Program-made: the position numbers and the translations under genes
Shown here: positions 50,001-59,739 of the stretch, in pieces
Layout: every line of letters starts with the position of its first letter
Numbering within the stretch: position 1 is the stretch's first letter
Notes under the pieces: generated by a model
The model's database searches: none
What the model was told of the DNA's origin: nothing
The model's input: the letters and a program-made list of their open reading frames with translations, nothing else
NCBI GenBank assembly: GCA_023245415.1
Contig: JAHFKJ010000002.1
Span: forward strand, 12,286-76,285
DNA length: 64,000 bases
Origin: Candidatus Gottesmanbacteria bacterium
GTDB lineage: Bacteria > Patescibacteriota > Microgenomatia > UBA10105
Direction: 5' to 3'

Positions 50001-50161
50001 CAATTTATAGAACTTCCCAAACCCGGATCATCTGCAGTATATCCGCTCCGCTGGGCATTACCCGCGTCTTGGCTCCAGTCAGAGGCAAAAACTTGTGCTG
50101 TTTGAAAAAGATATATGACCAACGTGATAAATAAAATAGATTTACACCTGTATTTATTCAT
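47006..50161 (-). CDS. large secreted protein with PQQ-like beta-propeller repeats and a type-I dockerin module
   Basis: Signal peptide. The N-terminal WSQDAGNAQRSGY...LYAL..G..W repeats resemble PQQ/WD-like propeller blades. GDVNNDGKVDALDIKLTLENWL...DNKVNSFDLANVIDNF is a duplicated dockerin Ca-binding segment. Confidence 0.5.
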   Translation of the reverse strand: MNKYRCKSILFITLVIYLFQTAQVFASDWSQDAGNAQRSGYTADDPGLGSSINWKFLWSWNGADGNGGTGNHVYNAPKEARTVTGGNYIFVPAGNHGLYALTKSTGVPVWNTTATAFNGAPAYDAGFVYAGGANGLVYKINVLDGTFVTFNAQNPISKAILLVGQFVFAVTDDGHLYKVNTTTMTSAWANAYAANATVATLPSYSAKFDVVIFATDDLFVHAVNSSTGGVKWRVKPTVNSPGDPFRSVATTINGTPVGTQFENGWPVIADNHEVVLLRMQLPPDYMLIHPGTTTSFPSDQTVNQNWLRDNPQYKNLFALDLSTGTEKFIPAVGYGSTEDLISTQTEGYGVMGTQPAVKVWPNGDEVAYMIFRNGQANPIDWRWDGHLGEMVLDNTTVPNLPTGNLRFIKSLVHKSEGDAYNDIVDEEVPITVAGNTVFNSHWAAAVGEMIDSASRNNKSAGLTFATGISTFRQPVFIRAIQTISCKNTITHWTDSCTNLHYMTDGGRFFSGPAWWGYFGVSDPPGWKNDPALFNANSGTAYSAGFLPRYTYVANDLIVVEGNGGDIMVFKHSGTVAVSPSPIPVNSPSLTPTATLAFKNGDVNNDGKVDALDIKLTLENWLANSAAIDQNYDNKVNSFDLANVIDNFTQIFPTSTPTLTSPAAFPINSGYADVTPRQIVRTNSDRVYTFAGLAESSNTLKAYWTTVSGLPSATADFNGTAQVSDANAVIQVDAVNDGTAIIHVLTNTQGGNLKDYPFDTTTNSFKSAITLGSGNPTVSGNYLGSGGVSGMADGSGKLHVAYWSANNHISYRAYTYVAASNTLTLTDGPTQIDTAGSSNHPQLVVSPVDDGVTVAWVGENTSPTKILVRSKPVTGSWGTIESVSTAPAWTSTNSGINIDQGPSMVIDSGNKKHLVYMENFDATGDYGHIHYVTNATGVWVDQAVNAYTHDPGLAINSGGDLYILGHGHPKSTSATADCKNLQNFCYIKKPSGSSTWGTQTAIALVSNNNGYDAGPSIKWSRIGWNRPETVEFLFFRTNNGSYQNTTLMYGRL

Positions 50162-50287
50162 AATGTGACATAAGTAAATGTATAATAGTTTAAATTAGCT
50201 TGCAATAGAGGATAAATCGCAGCTTATAAAAAATTAAGGATCGACACTTATCACCTCACCGCATGTCCTTAGCTAGGTATTAGTATA

Positions 50288-50316
50288 GGTGTAAAGCTAA
50301 TCCACCCTAAGGGTGT
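50288..50316 (+). repeat. REP-like unit ggtgtaaagctaatccaccctaagggtgt
   Basis: Matches the repeat consensus. Confidence 0.7.
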
Positions 50317-50338
50317 GAAGTGTCATTCCCGAATTATA

Positions 50339-51859
50339 CTAAAAAAACGAGTTTATATATTCTTCTATCCATGTATACCCGCTGGGAGCTAAATTGTTTC
50401 TATCAGCCGGATTATTTTTATCCAGTCCCACATTCGTCTCCCAAGCATCTGGCATCCCATCATGATCAGTGTCAAGCGGAGCTGTTCCCGTGGCATATGC
50501 CGGAAAACCATTAAATACATCGCGCCTATCGGTTGGCTCGTCGCACGTTATAATGCAATCAATAATAATACCTGTCCCATTTCTGACACTATCTACCACA
50601 TAATTATCCACCATGTCTCTTTTGGGAGCCAGCGCTCCCGCCTTCGACAGCACTAAATTGTAAGCCGTATCCGCAGTCTCGGCAATTACTTGTCCGGATG
50701 AAAATGCCGGGCTAAACACCTGGTAACGCATAGTATTACTGACTCCATCCATCACCCGATCAGTCCCAATAAACGTCCCATCGCGTTCATAAAACTTATT
50801 ACCCGACACATAAATTTTGCTTCCAGCCCCCAGTCCATCAGAAATTTCTATGGCGTTCCTTGTCACGGATGACGAATTTACTCCTCTTTTTATCGTATTT
50901 CCAATCGCGTTGGCCAGTGACGGCAACCCCGACAAATTCGAATCCGTAAACTTAATTGGATAAATTCCGCCGCCAAAATTATAAGTCACGTTGTTAATTA
51001 TCTCTGTACTCGTATCTCCAAATATCCCTGGCGACCGGTCAGCGTCGTGTGCAATCAGATTATGATGCACCGAAACATTCTTAGAGTGATCTCCAATCAA
51101 TAGTCCCATACTATGAGGGTCAAACACTCCTGGCGGCTTACCTTCATCCACATGAATGCTGTCATACAAACCTTCTGAAGTAATATTCCAGGAAAAAGTC
51201 ACATCGTGCACTTTACTGTTCCAGGTCGAGATATTTTCATCCAGTCCCCAGGAAATCGAGTTATGATCTACTACCACGTTATACACCTCCACCGACCCCT
51301 CTCCCGATACAGTCACCCCGTCCCGCGAAGTACTTGGACTGCCAGTCGGATCATCCCCTGGCCGCAATCTCAGCCCCCTGACAATTACATCATGGGTGGC
51401 AATCCGTAAATAAGATTTTCGAATTACGACTCCATCTCCCGGTGCAGTTTGTCCGGCAATAGTTATATACGGGTTATTTATTTTAAGCTCACTTGCCGCG
51501 TCAATATATCCCCCCGTCCTAAATACTACTAGCCGCGGTCCCACAGCTGCGATCGCCGCCCGCAAACTCCCCGCTCCCGTATCGTTTAAATTTGTCACTT
51601 CAATTACTTGGCCTCCCCTTCCACCAACCGTATCCGTCCCAAAGCCCGCCGCTCCCGGAAATGCTTTAATTGGCACACTCGGTAATTTTGGCGAGAAAAT
51701 ATCCAGTGTATTTATTTTACCATCATGATTCACATCTATCGCTGGCACATTTTCTCCATATCTAAGTATCGCAGCTTTAATATCATAATTATTTACGGCC
51801 AGTACCGGGCCTACCCACAAAAATCCGCTTGTTACCAAAAAAATTATTTTTCTTCTCAT
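50339..51859 (-). CDS. secreted right-handed beta-helix (pectate-lyase-like) protein with dockerin-like N-terminal segment and C-terminal DTDHDGMPDAWE Ca-binding motif
   Basis: Signal peptide. DVNHDGKINTLD, beta-helix repeats (NxxG/hydrophobic stacks), and a C-terminal thrombospondin-3-like DxDxDG motif. Confidence 0.45.
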   Translation of the reverse strand: MRRKIIFLVTSGFLWVGPVLAVNNYDIKAAILRYGENVPAIDVNHDGKINTLDIFSPKLPSVPIKAFPGAAGFGTDTVGGRGGQVIEVTNLNDTGAGSLRAAIAAVGPRLVVFRTGGYIDAASELKINNPYITIAGQTAPGDGVVIRKSYLRIATHDVIVRGLRLRPGDDPTGSPSTSRDGVTVSGEGSVEVYNVVVDHNSISWGLDENISTWNSKVHDVTFSWNITSEGLYDSIHVDEGKPPGVFDPHSMGLLIGDHSKNVSVHHNLIAHDADRSPGIFGDTSTEIINNVTYNFGGGIYPIKFTDSNLSGLPSLANAIGNTIKRGVNSSSVTRNAIEISDGLGAGSKIYVSGNKFYERDGTFIGTDRVMDGVSNTMRYQVFSPAFSSGQVIAETADTAYNLVLSKAGALAPKRDMVDNYVVDSVRNGTGIIIDCIITCDEPTDRRDVFNGFPAYATGTAPLDTDHDGMPDAWETNVGLDKNNPADRNNLAPSGYTWIEEYINSFF

Positions 51860-51985
51860 ATCCTACCTCCCAACACCACCCTTTCACTTTCCTTGCTGCT
51901 ATGTACTAGTAAAAACATGATATTCATCAGTTGTCTCTCGGCAGAAACCACAATCACATGAATATCCAAACTGTCTTTCATAGGT

Positions 51986-52156
51986 TTAGCCTATCAAATT
52001 TAAAGAACTACCTAAGATCTGTGTCATCCACAGTATTCCCGTTCGTTGGGTATTGCCCGCGTCTTGGCTCCAGTCAGCAGCAAACACATGCGATGTTTGA
52101 AAAAGAGATACAACGAACGTGATAAATAAAAGAGATTTCCGCAGAAATTTATTCAT
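51986..52156 (-). pseudogene. duplicated 5' fragment (promoter plus first ~45 codons) of the large dockerin protein gene
   Basis: MNKFLRKSLLFITFVVSLFQTSHVFAADWSQDAGNTQRTG parallels MNKYRCKSILFITLVIYLFQTAQVFASDWSQDAGNAQRSG. The upstream 120 nt (52141-52260) also match 50162-50280. Confidence 0.6.
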
Positions 52157-52270
52157 AATGTCACATAAGTAAATGTATAACACTTTATATAAGCCTGCAA
52201 TAGGGGATAAATGCGAGTTTATAAACGTAATAGGGAACGAAAAATGAGGGTAAAATATTTCGTGATATAA

Positions 52271-52636
52271 TTGCGGTATATGGGAATGACTGATGTGCAA
52301 CTGACCATTAAAAACCCGCAAAATCCTAAAAGTAGCTACATAGGTACATTTTTAGTTGATAGCGGAGCAACGTATACTGTGGTGCCGGAATCAGTACTCA
52401 AAAGATTGGGGATAAAGCCGGATCGTGAAGAAACATTTGTTTTAGCAGATGGCAAATCAATTAAGAGAAAAGTGGGTAGTGCGTTGTATGAATATCAAGG
52501 GATCAAGAGCGCCGCGCCTGTCCTGTTTGGGGAAAAGCATGACAGCAACCTACTTGGCGTATTTACTCTTGAAGCTCTTGGGTTGACGCTTGATCCGCTT
52601 AAACGGCAGCTCTATAAGGCACTGCTTCGGTTATAG
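52271..52636 (+). CDS. retropepsin-like (clan AA) aspartic protease
   Basis: FLVDSGATYTVVP aspartyl protease motif. About 120 aa. Confidence 0.55.
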   Translation: MRYMGMTDVQLTIKNPQNPKSSYIGTFLVDSGATYTVVPESVLKRLGIKPDREETFVLADGKSIKRKVGSALYEYQGIKSAAPVLFGEKHDSNLLGVFTLEALGLTLDPLKRQLYKALLRL

Positions 52637-53257
52637 CTCGCTTTTGTTACGTATTAGAATTGGTGTAAAGTTAAAACACAAAATAGTGAAGGTATAAATT
52701 ATGCCAAAAAGGCCACTCTATATCAATATCTTAAATATTTTTCTTATCGCTGGTTACCCATATATCTTATATTACCTTTTCTTTCCACTTATCAAATACA
52801 AAATTAGTCAAGAAATCTTTATATTTACCTTAATCTCGAGCATGATTTACTTTATATGTTACTTAGGCTTGTGGTACAGAAATCCTGGAGTTTTCCGATT
52901 TTTTTAACAACATTTATCGCAAAACAGCTGTTTTATATCGTGATCGGCAAATGGAATGTTTATGTTCTAGGTGGATTATTAAATTTGTTTATTGTAAAGA
53001 TAATTGCAAGTAACAATAAAACAGTTTCTTCACAATAATTGTAAATGCAAATACCAAGAATGCATCAGCTGTAAATAGAAACTCTTTATCATCTTCACAA
53101 TTAGTGGTTATAACGGTAGTTTTTGCCGGTTTAAGTGTGATACTAGGAGATGGACTGCTAGCATTATTTTGGTTAATCGCATTGATCACCTTTGGTTTAA
53201 CAATTACAACTTTTATTAGAGAAAAAATTGTAAGTAAAAGAAAGTAACTTGAGAATA

Positions 53258-53286
53258 GGTGTAAAGCTAATCCACCCTAAGGGTGT
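53258..53286 (+). repeat. REP-like unit ggtgtaaagctaatccaccctaagggtgt
   Basis: Matches the repeat consensus. A half-copy sits at 52662-52680. Confidence 0.7.
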
Positions 53287-53288
53287 AT

Positions 53289-55055
53289 TTACTTCACCGT
53301 CACGCTTTTGGCCAGGTTCCTGGGCATATCGGGGTCGAGGTTTTTTTCGAGAGCCAGAAAATAGGCAAGCAATTGACCCACCACAATATTGGGAATTATC
53401 GTAGCTTCCTCGGCATCCTGAACTTCTAAATACTCATCAAAAATTTCATGAGACTTGTGCGAGATGCCAATTATGTTGCCGCCTCTGGCTTTCATTTCCA
53501 TGGCTCCGGCTAAATTTGCCCCATACGTTTCATCATTTGGAACATATGCGATACACGGCGTACCTTTTTCGATCAAAGCGATCACGCCATGTTTGAGTTC
53601 ACCCGCCGCGAAGCCTTCGGCATGAATGTAGGATATTTCTTTAATTTTTAAGGCAGTTTCAAGGGCTGTTGGGTATGAAAGACCGCGGCCGATAATATAT
53701 ATATGATGCGCATTTTTAAGCTGGTGGGCAATATTTTTTATGTTATTCACATTATTAAATAATTTTTGAATTGAGGTTACTGATTGAATGAGGATTTTTT
53801 GCCCTATTTTTTTATTATCGCTCAGAGTGTATGCAAGCAACACCAACTGCGCCAGTGTTGCAGTTACTGCTTTGGTTGAAGCCACGGCTTTTTCTATTCC
53901 GGCACCTATGAGTAACTGATAGTGTGATTCTCGGTAGAGTGTTGAACCTAAGACGTTAAGCAGTGCTCCGATTTGGGCACCACTATTTTTGGCCGCTTTT
54001 ATAGCTTCGAGGGTGTCCATGGTTTCTCCTGATTGCGATAGGGCAATTACCAAACTTTTTGCGGTTAAAAAGTCTAAATGATAGGCAAATTCACTGGCTG
54101 GAGCCCAGTTGATATGTTTATTAGCAATTTTTGAAAACAAATATGTGCCTGCCAAACTTACATAAGCACTACTTCCGCAACCCACCAGGTAAGTTCCATA
54201 CGATTTTTTAATCCTATCAGCAAGTTGGTCAGTTGAAATTGAAGACTGGTTAACGAGCGTATTTATGATTTCTGGTTGCTCATGTATTTCTTTGAGCATA
54301 AAGTAAGAAAATTTACCCCGGGATGCATCAGTTTTTTTCCAGTCAAGTCTTTGAGGTTGTATTTTTTTGAATTTTCCGTTTGCTGCGTCATATATATTGA
54401 CTTCACTCATTGTCACTACTGCCATTTCATCATCTTTAAGAAAGTAAACATCGTGGGTAAGGGGGAGTAAAGCTGGGGCATCACTGGCAATAAAATTCTC
54501 CTGCTCGCCAAATCCGATGACGAGTGGTGAGCCGTTGCGGATGGCAATTAACTCTTGATTATGGGCGTTTAGGGCAATAAATGCGTTGAGCCCGGTCATT
54601 TGTTTAAAACTCATTCGTACGCTTAGGGCAAATTCGTGTGTTTTTGATAATTCTTCGATTAGGTGTGTGGCTACTTCAGTATCTGTTTCGGAAATAAACT
54701 TGTGGTTACTCTTAATCAATTCCTTTTTTAACTGCGCATAATTTTCAATGATGCCGTTATGTATGAGAGCAATTGATTGCAAACAGTCGGTGTGGGGGTG
54801 GGCATTCATTTCGGTTACGCCGCCGTGAGTGGCCCAGCGGGTGTGGCCGATAGCAATATTTCCGGGCGGCAAATCGGAAACTGAAGCAGTACCAATTTTA
54901 CCTATCCTTTTTTTCACCACTACTTTAGAATTCGTAATTGGTACAACTGCTACTCCCCACGAGTCATACCCGCGGTACTCCAGTGACTTAATGCCTGCAA
55001 ATACAATTTGGGCTGCTGTAGATTTTTTACCAATATAGCCAAAAATTCCACACAT
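53289..55055 (-). CDS. glmS: glutamine--fructose-6-phosphate aminotransferase
   Basis: N-terminal MCGIFGYIG (Ntn Cys) followed by two SIS domains. Confidence 0.9.
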   Translation of the reverse strand: MCGIFGYIGKKSTAAQIVFAGIKSLEYRGYDSWGVAVVPITNSKVVVKKRIGKIGTASVSDLPPGNIAIGHTRWATHGGVTEMNAHPHTDCLQSIALIHNGIIENYAQLKKELIKSNHKFISETDTEVATHLIEELSKTHEFALSVRMSFKQMTGLNAFIALNAHNQELIAIRNGSPLVIGFGEQENFIASDAPALLPLTHDVYFLKDDEMAVVTMSEVNIYDAANGKFKKIQPQRLDWKKTDASRGKFSYFMLKEIHEQPEIINTLVNQSSISTDQLADRIKKSYGTYLVGCGSSAYVSLAGTYLFSKIANKHINWAPASEFAYHLDFLTAKSLVIALSQSGETMDTLEAIKAAKNSGAQIGALLNVLGSTLYRESHYQLLIGAGIEKAVASTKAVTATLAQLVLLAYTLSDNKKIGQKILIQSVTSIQKLFNNVNNIKNIAHQLKNAHHIYIIGRGLSYPTALETALKIKEISYIHAEGFAAGELKHGVIALIEKGTPCIAYVPNDETYGANLAGAMEMKARGGNIIGISHKSHEIFDEYLEVQDAEEATIIPNIVVGQLLAYFLALEKNLDPDMPRNLAKSVTVK

Positions 55056-55190
55056 ATTATAAATTACTAATTATTAATTTTAACTCAATCTTTTCTCTTA
55101 AGGGAAATACTATCCGACAATTGACGCTTTTGTCAAATTGCAGACAAACTAGTAAGATGATAAAACCTGACTAATTATTAATAATATATT

Positions 55191-55844
55191 ATGAATCAAC
55201 TTTTTAAATCTGTAAAAATTCTCATCTGGGATATTGACGGCACGCTCTACAAAATGCTGCCGGAAATAAAAGCCCTCTATCGCGAACGGGAATATCAGGT
55301 GATCATGGCCCACCTGGGGTGGCCGCGGGAAAAAGCGGTCGCCAAGTTTCTCAAGATGTATCCGAAACTTATTAGCGGAACCAAAACAGTATCAGTAATC
55401 ACCGGGATCCCAACTAAAGATGTAGCGATCGAAGCAGAGACATTAATGACGCGCGAAAAATACTTAAAATCCGATGTTAGACTTATTCAGTTGTTTGAAC
55501 AGTTGCATAAATTTACTCATTACTTACTGGTAAATGGAATTCAATCCGTAACCCAAAAAACGCTGAAAATTTTAGGCTTAAATCCGCAAATTTTTCAGGA
55601 AATAGTTACTTCCGAAATAGTTGGCGAAAATAAACCAAATCCTGCCGGCTTTCAATACATACTCGATAAAACGAAGCTTCCACCAAAATCTCATTTGATG
55701 ATCGGCGATCGGGAAGAGGTGGATTTGGTGCCGGCCAGACAGCTGGGTATGAAAACGTGCCTTGTTTGGTCCGAGAAAAAATCAAATATTGCTGATGTGA
55801 CGATCAAAACTGTATATGAAATCGCCGACTTTTTGGGTTTTTAA
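55191..55844 (+). CDS. HAD-superfamily hydrolase
   Basis: Motif I ILIWDIDGTLY and a C-terminal MIGDREEVD motif. Confidence 0.65.
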   Translation: MNQLFKSVKILIWDIDGTLYKMLPEIKALYREREYQVIMAHLGWPREKAVAKFLKMYPKLISGTKTVSVITGIPTKDVAIEAETLMTREKYLKSDVRLIQLFEQLHKFTHYLLVNGIQSVTQKTLKILGLNPQIFQEIVTSEIVGENKPNPAGFQYILDKTKLPPKSHLMIGDREEVDLVPARQLGMKTCLVWSEKKSNIADVTIKTVYEIADFLGF

Positions 55845-55856
55845 TAAGTTTAGAAT

Positions 55857-57335
55857 ATGGAAAATTCCGCATATTCAGATGTTCACATCTCAGAAAATTT
55901 TTTTAAAGAACCTTTGATATCAGAGCAACAACAAGCGGTAATGCAAAAAATAGCCGATATTTATAAAGTTCATGGAACTGTGCATCCGTTGTTAGTTCCA
56001 CCCGAAACTAATTTACAAGGAAAAGGGAACTTGCTAAGTACACGTATCCCTAAAATGCAGCAAATTCGGCAAAATATCTTGGATTATGCTCAAACCCAAG
56101 AGGGTGGTGGGTCAGATGGTGATTTTGCCTTACATGCCCAGATTGGACTTATGATTGGACCTACTTTAGATCAAATATTGCTTTCACAATTTAATGATCC
56201 GGACAGGACTAACAAATCTTGGATGGAAATAGACGAACTAAATACTCAAAAACTACAACAAAAGGTACAGAGTTTACTGGATGAACAAACGGGTCGTTAT
56301 CAAATTTTTTTAGACAGATATCCAGATTTTCGTGCTGCGCTTCGACTGCTGACCGGAGATATTTTAACCGAAAAAAACCCCAAAAAATTAGATGAACTGG
56401 TTAAAAATTTCGAAATGTGTGCTATCCGGGAAACTCAATCTGGTATGTCTTTTGTGACATTGTTGGGTATGTCAGAGAGTTGGACACTTGAATCAGATAG
56501 TGGGCAACTTCCACATTATCGGCTACTTGAACCAAATCTGCGTATAATCATGTTGCTTGAACCCAAGAGAAAACTTCAACTTGAAGATTTATATCAGAAT
56601 TTATATAAATTGGTAGCCAATTATTACCAAAGTCCGAAAACAGACGATGGGGAAACATCAGCACCGGCTTTAGTGGCTGAAATTGCAGTAGTAAGTGCTG
56701 GAACTGAAGTATTGAGTCAGAGCGTCGGTGAAGCTTTTGATAGCAATGGTCTTGTTTTTCTCATCAATCAAATTAAAAATCGCGCATCGCTTGAAAAGGT
56801 CTACGAAGAAATTGAACATAGAGGTAAATTTCCCGATTATTCTTTGCACTTATTAAGTATCATTTTATTAGCGCATGAAGCTGGACATAAAAGTCGACAA
56901 GTTAAAGTGGCGGGTTTGGAAGAATTGGTTCCAGATATGACAACGTTGTTGGCAGGGATTGATTATATTAAAGCAAGCGGGCCAAAAGAGATGCAAGAAG
57001 AATTGCTTGAGAATTTTATTCTCCATTCTCTGGGTGAATTTATATTTCAAACCCAGGACAATGATGCAGAATATCGCCGATCTTCATACTACATATTAAA
57101 TACATTAATGGAGCAGGGAGTTCTAGTATATACGGATCCTCATTATGCTTTAGATTTATCGAAGTTGGACTCTTTTCATTTAAAAGTCCAAAAAGATCAT
57201 GCAGCCTTGCTTAGGGAAGACGATTTAGCTGAAAATACTCCCAGAACATTAGCTGAGCAATTTCTTAGACTGAAGCTTGGTGATCAGATAAAACCATTGG
57301 TAGATAGGGTGATGCGTGGCATTGAGTTAAAATAA
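55857..57335 (+). CDS. hypothetical protein (492 aa, no recognisable domain)
   Basis: Long clean ORF. Reading the translation reveals no motif. Confidence 0.45.
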   Translation: MENSAYSDVHISENFFKEPLISEQQQAVMQKIADIYKVHGTVHPLLVPPETNLQGKGNLLSTRIPKMQQIRQNILDYAQTQEGGGSDGDFALHAQIGLMIGPTLDQILLSQFNDPDRTNKSWMEIDELNTQKLQQKVQSLLDEQTGRYQIFLDRYPDFRAALRLLTGDILTEKNPKKLDELVKNFEMCAIRETQSGMSFVTLLGMSESWTLESDSGQLPHYRLLEPNLRIIMLLEPKRKLQLEDLYQNLYKLVANYYQSPKTDDGETSAPALVAEIAVVSAGTEVLSQSVGEAFDSNGLVFLINQIKNRASLEKVYEEIEHRGKFPDYSLHLLSIILLAHEAGHKSRQVKVAGLEELVPDMTTLLAGIDYIKASGPKEMQEELLENFILHSLGEFIFQTQDNDAEYRRSSYYILNTLMEQGVLVYTDPHYALDLSKLDSFHLKVQKDHAALLREDDLAENTPRTLAEQFLRLKLGDQIKPLVDRVMRGIELK

Positions 57336-57431
57336 GCATGGCTTAGGTTGTAAAACTTCAATTATAGACCTATAATTAAAACTATCTACATTTATTGGAT
57401 ATAAGATTGTTCCCATTATTTTCTATAACTT

Positions 57432-59018
57432 ATGATATCAGTTGCTGAAACGTCACCAGCTTATTTTCGAGCTTCGGGTTTACGTCCAGATATCGCTATT
57501 GTACCTGGAACTTTTTTAGCCCGTGCAGCTCAAATATTTACTCCCCAGGATGTTGTAAGACTACTTACACAAGGAAAAATACCTGATAAATACTTTATTG
57601 AAGACGCACAGGTCGAATCTCACTTGCAATTTTGTGAAACGTTATCAAACGTCATTAACGAATATTTAATGGGATTACCTGAATGTGTAGATTTGGCAAA
57701 GGTTATTGAACAAAGCTTAGATCATGGATGGAATCACTTTCGAAGAGTAGAAAAACATTATAAAACGATAAATGCTAAAGATCGTGCTCTTCGAGCCGAT
57801 ACAGATTATCTGTACTATGCTTTTAGTGCATTTTCTTCTATTCGAATACATGACCTCATTGAAGTGTATACAGGTGTCAAAGAAGGTCATGACGGTGCAG
57901 CTGCGCTATTCGCTTATGGATTTTTGAATACGTTCTATCCTCATATAGTTGACCTTACACAAAGTAGAGATAATTCTCAACCCATTCCAAAACAAGATTG
58001 GGATAATTTGTCTGTGGGGACTGCTTTTATCTGTTTACATCACTCGAAACCGGAAAAAATACCAGAAGCTAAACAATTGTTAGCTACAGGATTGTTTAAT
58101 CCTCAGGATATTCTTAACGAGGTGAAAAGAATGGCCGTCAAACAAAATAAAACTATTTATGAATTTTTCCCGCCTTATGGGTTAATAAAAGATTTTATTA
58201 CTCAGATCGAAGAAGGCCAGATAACGAGTCCACCTATACTTGAAGATCACTTGCTCGGATTAATAAAACAAACTCGAGTCATGGCAGCAGCAGATAAGCT
58301 AGATGGTACTTTTCCAACTACTTTAGCAGCTACTCGCACTATTTTAACTCGTCCTGATAGAGCCTTTTATCTGAGAATTCCAGAAAAACTAACGCTTGAA
58401 CAAGAGTTGCAATCTCGGATTGCTGACGGAGGAAGTCATGAATCGGCGTGTGATTTAAACCGTGTTCTTTTTGAACTAACTCGCACCAAAACATTTGATA
58501 ATTTAAGTGGTTCGGTATCTTATTTGTTTCGTGTGGGTTTAGAGGCACGATCACAATATTTTTTACAGACCATACCTGCATTTCTTGAAGGTAATCTACA
58601 GCCATATTTAAGCGGTTATGATGAACACGAACACAAGAGTATTGGAGCCTTACTTTTGAAAGTGGGGGTTGATAGTTCGCAAATTAATAATGTTTTACAA
58701 ATAGAAGATCCAACACAAAGACATAAAGTTGTACGATTGTTATTAAAGCAAAATTTTTATGATGGAAAAATGCTTGACGAAATTTTGTATATCATAAATG
58801 GAGAAAAAGCCATGGTTGAGTCAGCGCTTCAAAATAAGTTTTCTCAATTGCAGGTATTACTGTTGTCTCAAGATGAAAAAAGTCGAATAATAAATTTACT
58901 TGAAGCAGCTGTACACATGCAACGAAGTTCAATATATTTTTTTGCGGGACCAACGGAAATTCCTGATCAATACAACGGATATTATTGGGTAGATACAAAA
59001 AGATGGCAATTAAAATAA
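57432..59018 (+). CDS. hypothetical protein (528 aa); possible HD-like metal-binding motifs
   Basis: GWNHF...RIHDLIEV...EGHDGAAALFAYGF...LHHSK loosely resembles H..HD..H..D. Not established. Confidence 0.4.
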   Translation: MISVAETSPAYFRASGLRPDIAIVPGTFLARAAQIFTPQDVVRLLTQGKIPDKYFIEDAQVESHLQFCETLSNVINEYLMGLPECVDLAKVIEQSLDHGWNHFRRVEKHYKTINAKDRALRADTDYLYYAFSAFSSIRIHDLIEVYTGVKEGHDGAAALFAYGFLNTFYPHIVDLTQSRDNSQPIPKQDWDNLSVGTAFICLHHSKPEKIPEAKQLLATGLFNPQDILNEVKRMAVKQNKTIYEFFPPYGLIKDFITQIEEGQITSPPILEDHLLGLIKQTRVMAAADKLDGTFPTTLAATRTILTRPDRAFYLRIPEKLTLEQELQSRIADGGSHESACDLNRVLFELTRTKTFDNLSGSVSYLFRVGLEARSQYFLQTIPAFLEGNLQPYLSGYDEHEHKSIGALLLKVGVDSSQINNVLQIEDPTQRHKVVRLLLKQNFYDGKMLDEILYIINGEKAMVESALQNKFSQLQVLLLSQDEKSRIINLLEAAVHMQRSSIYFFAGPTEIPDQYNGYYWVDTKRWQLK

Positions 59019-59079
59019 GTAATTTTATTTTTTGAAATTGCCATTGTTCTCTTACTTCTATTTTGTTATTATCTCTCTT

Positions 59080-59721
59080 ATGAAACGCGGATTTTTTATT
59101 ACATTTGAAGGCAGCGAGGGAGCGGGAAAGTCAATTCAAGTAGAAATCCTGGCCAGTCATCTGCATGAGGAAGGTTATGACGCAAAAGTGACGCGTGAAC
59201 CGGGTGGCACGAGAATTGGCGAGCAAATTCGCGCGATTACTCACAGTCAGGAAAATGTAGATTTGGAAGCTACAGCCGAAGCCTACCTTATGGCGGCAGC
59301 CCGGGCCCAGCATGTAGAGGAAGTTATATCGCCCAGTCTGCAAGCCGGCAAAATCGTCGTCTGCGACCGGTTCGTTGATTCAAGCATCGCCTATCAAGGA
59401 TACGGACGAAAATTGGGTCCGGAAAAAATTGCCCAGCTTAATGAATTGGCAGTCAATGGAGCGATGCCCGACTTGACAATTTTACTGAACGTATCGTATG
59501 AATTGGGGTTTAAACGCCGGTACAAATCATTAAAACCCAAAGATCGGCTTGATCTCCAACAAAAAGAATTTTATGAACGGGTTCGGGAAGGATATTTAGA
59601 ATTGGCTAAACTTCATAAAGGACGCTTTGTAGTTATAGATGCGGGTAAAACCATTGAGCGCGTGTCTATCCAAATTTGGGATACAGTAAGAGGGTGTCTG
59701 AAAAATTTTTCTCCGAAATAA
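59080..59721 (+). CDS. tmk: thymidylate kinase
   Basis: P-loop FITFEGSEGAGKS and a DRF/DS lid. The start is taken at the internal ATG at 59080. Confidence 0.8.
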   Translation: MKRGFFITFEGSEGAGKSIQVEILASHLHEEGYDAKVTREPGGTRIGEQIRAITHSQENVDLEATAEAYLMAAARAQHVEEVISPSLQAGKIVVCDRFVDSSIAYQGYGRKLGPEKIAQLNELAVNGAMPDLTILLNVSYELGFKRRYKSLKPKDRLDLQQKEFYERVREGYLELAKLHKGRFVVIDAGKTIERVSIQIWDTVRGCLKNFSPK

Positions 59722-59739
59722 AATAATTTCGTTTGCGAT

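Noticed and set aside
52701-53038. Small overlapping TM-like ORFs 52701..52907 and 52856..53038
   Set aside because: They are short, overlapping and very AT-rich, and sit between REP units with no RBS. Coding status cannot be supported.
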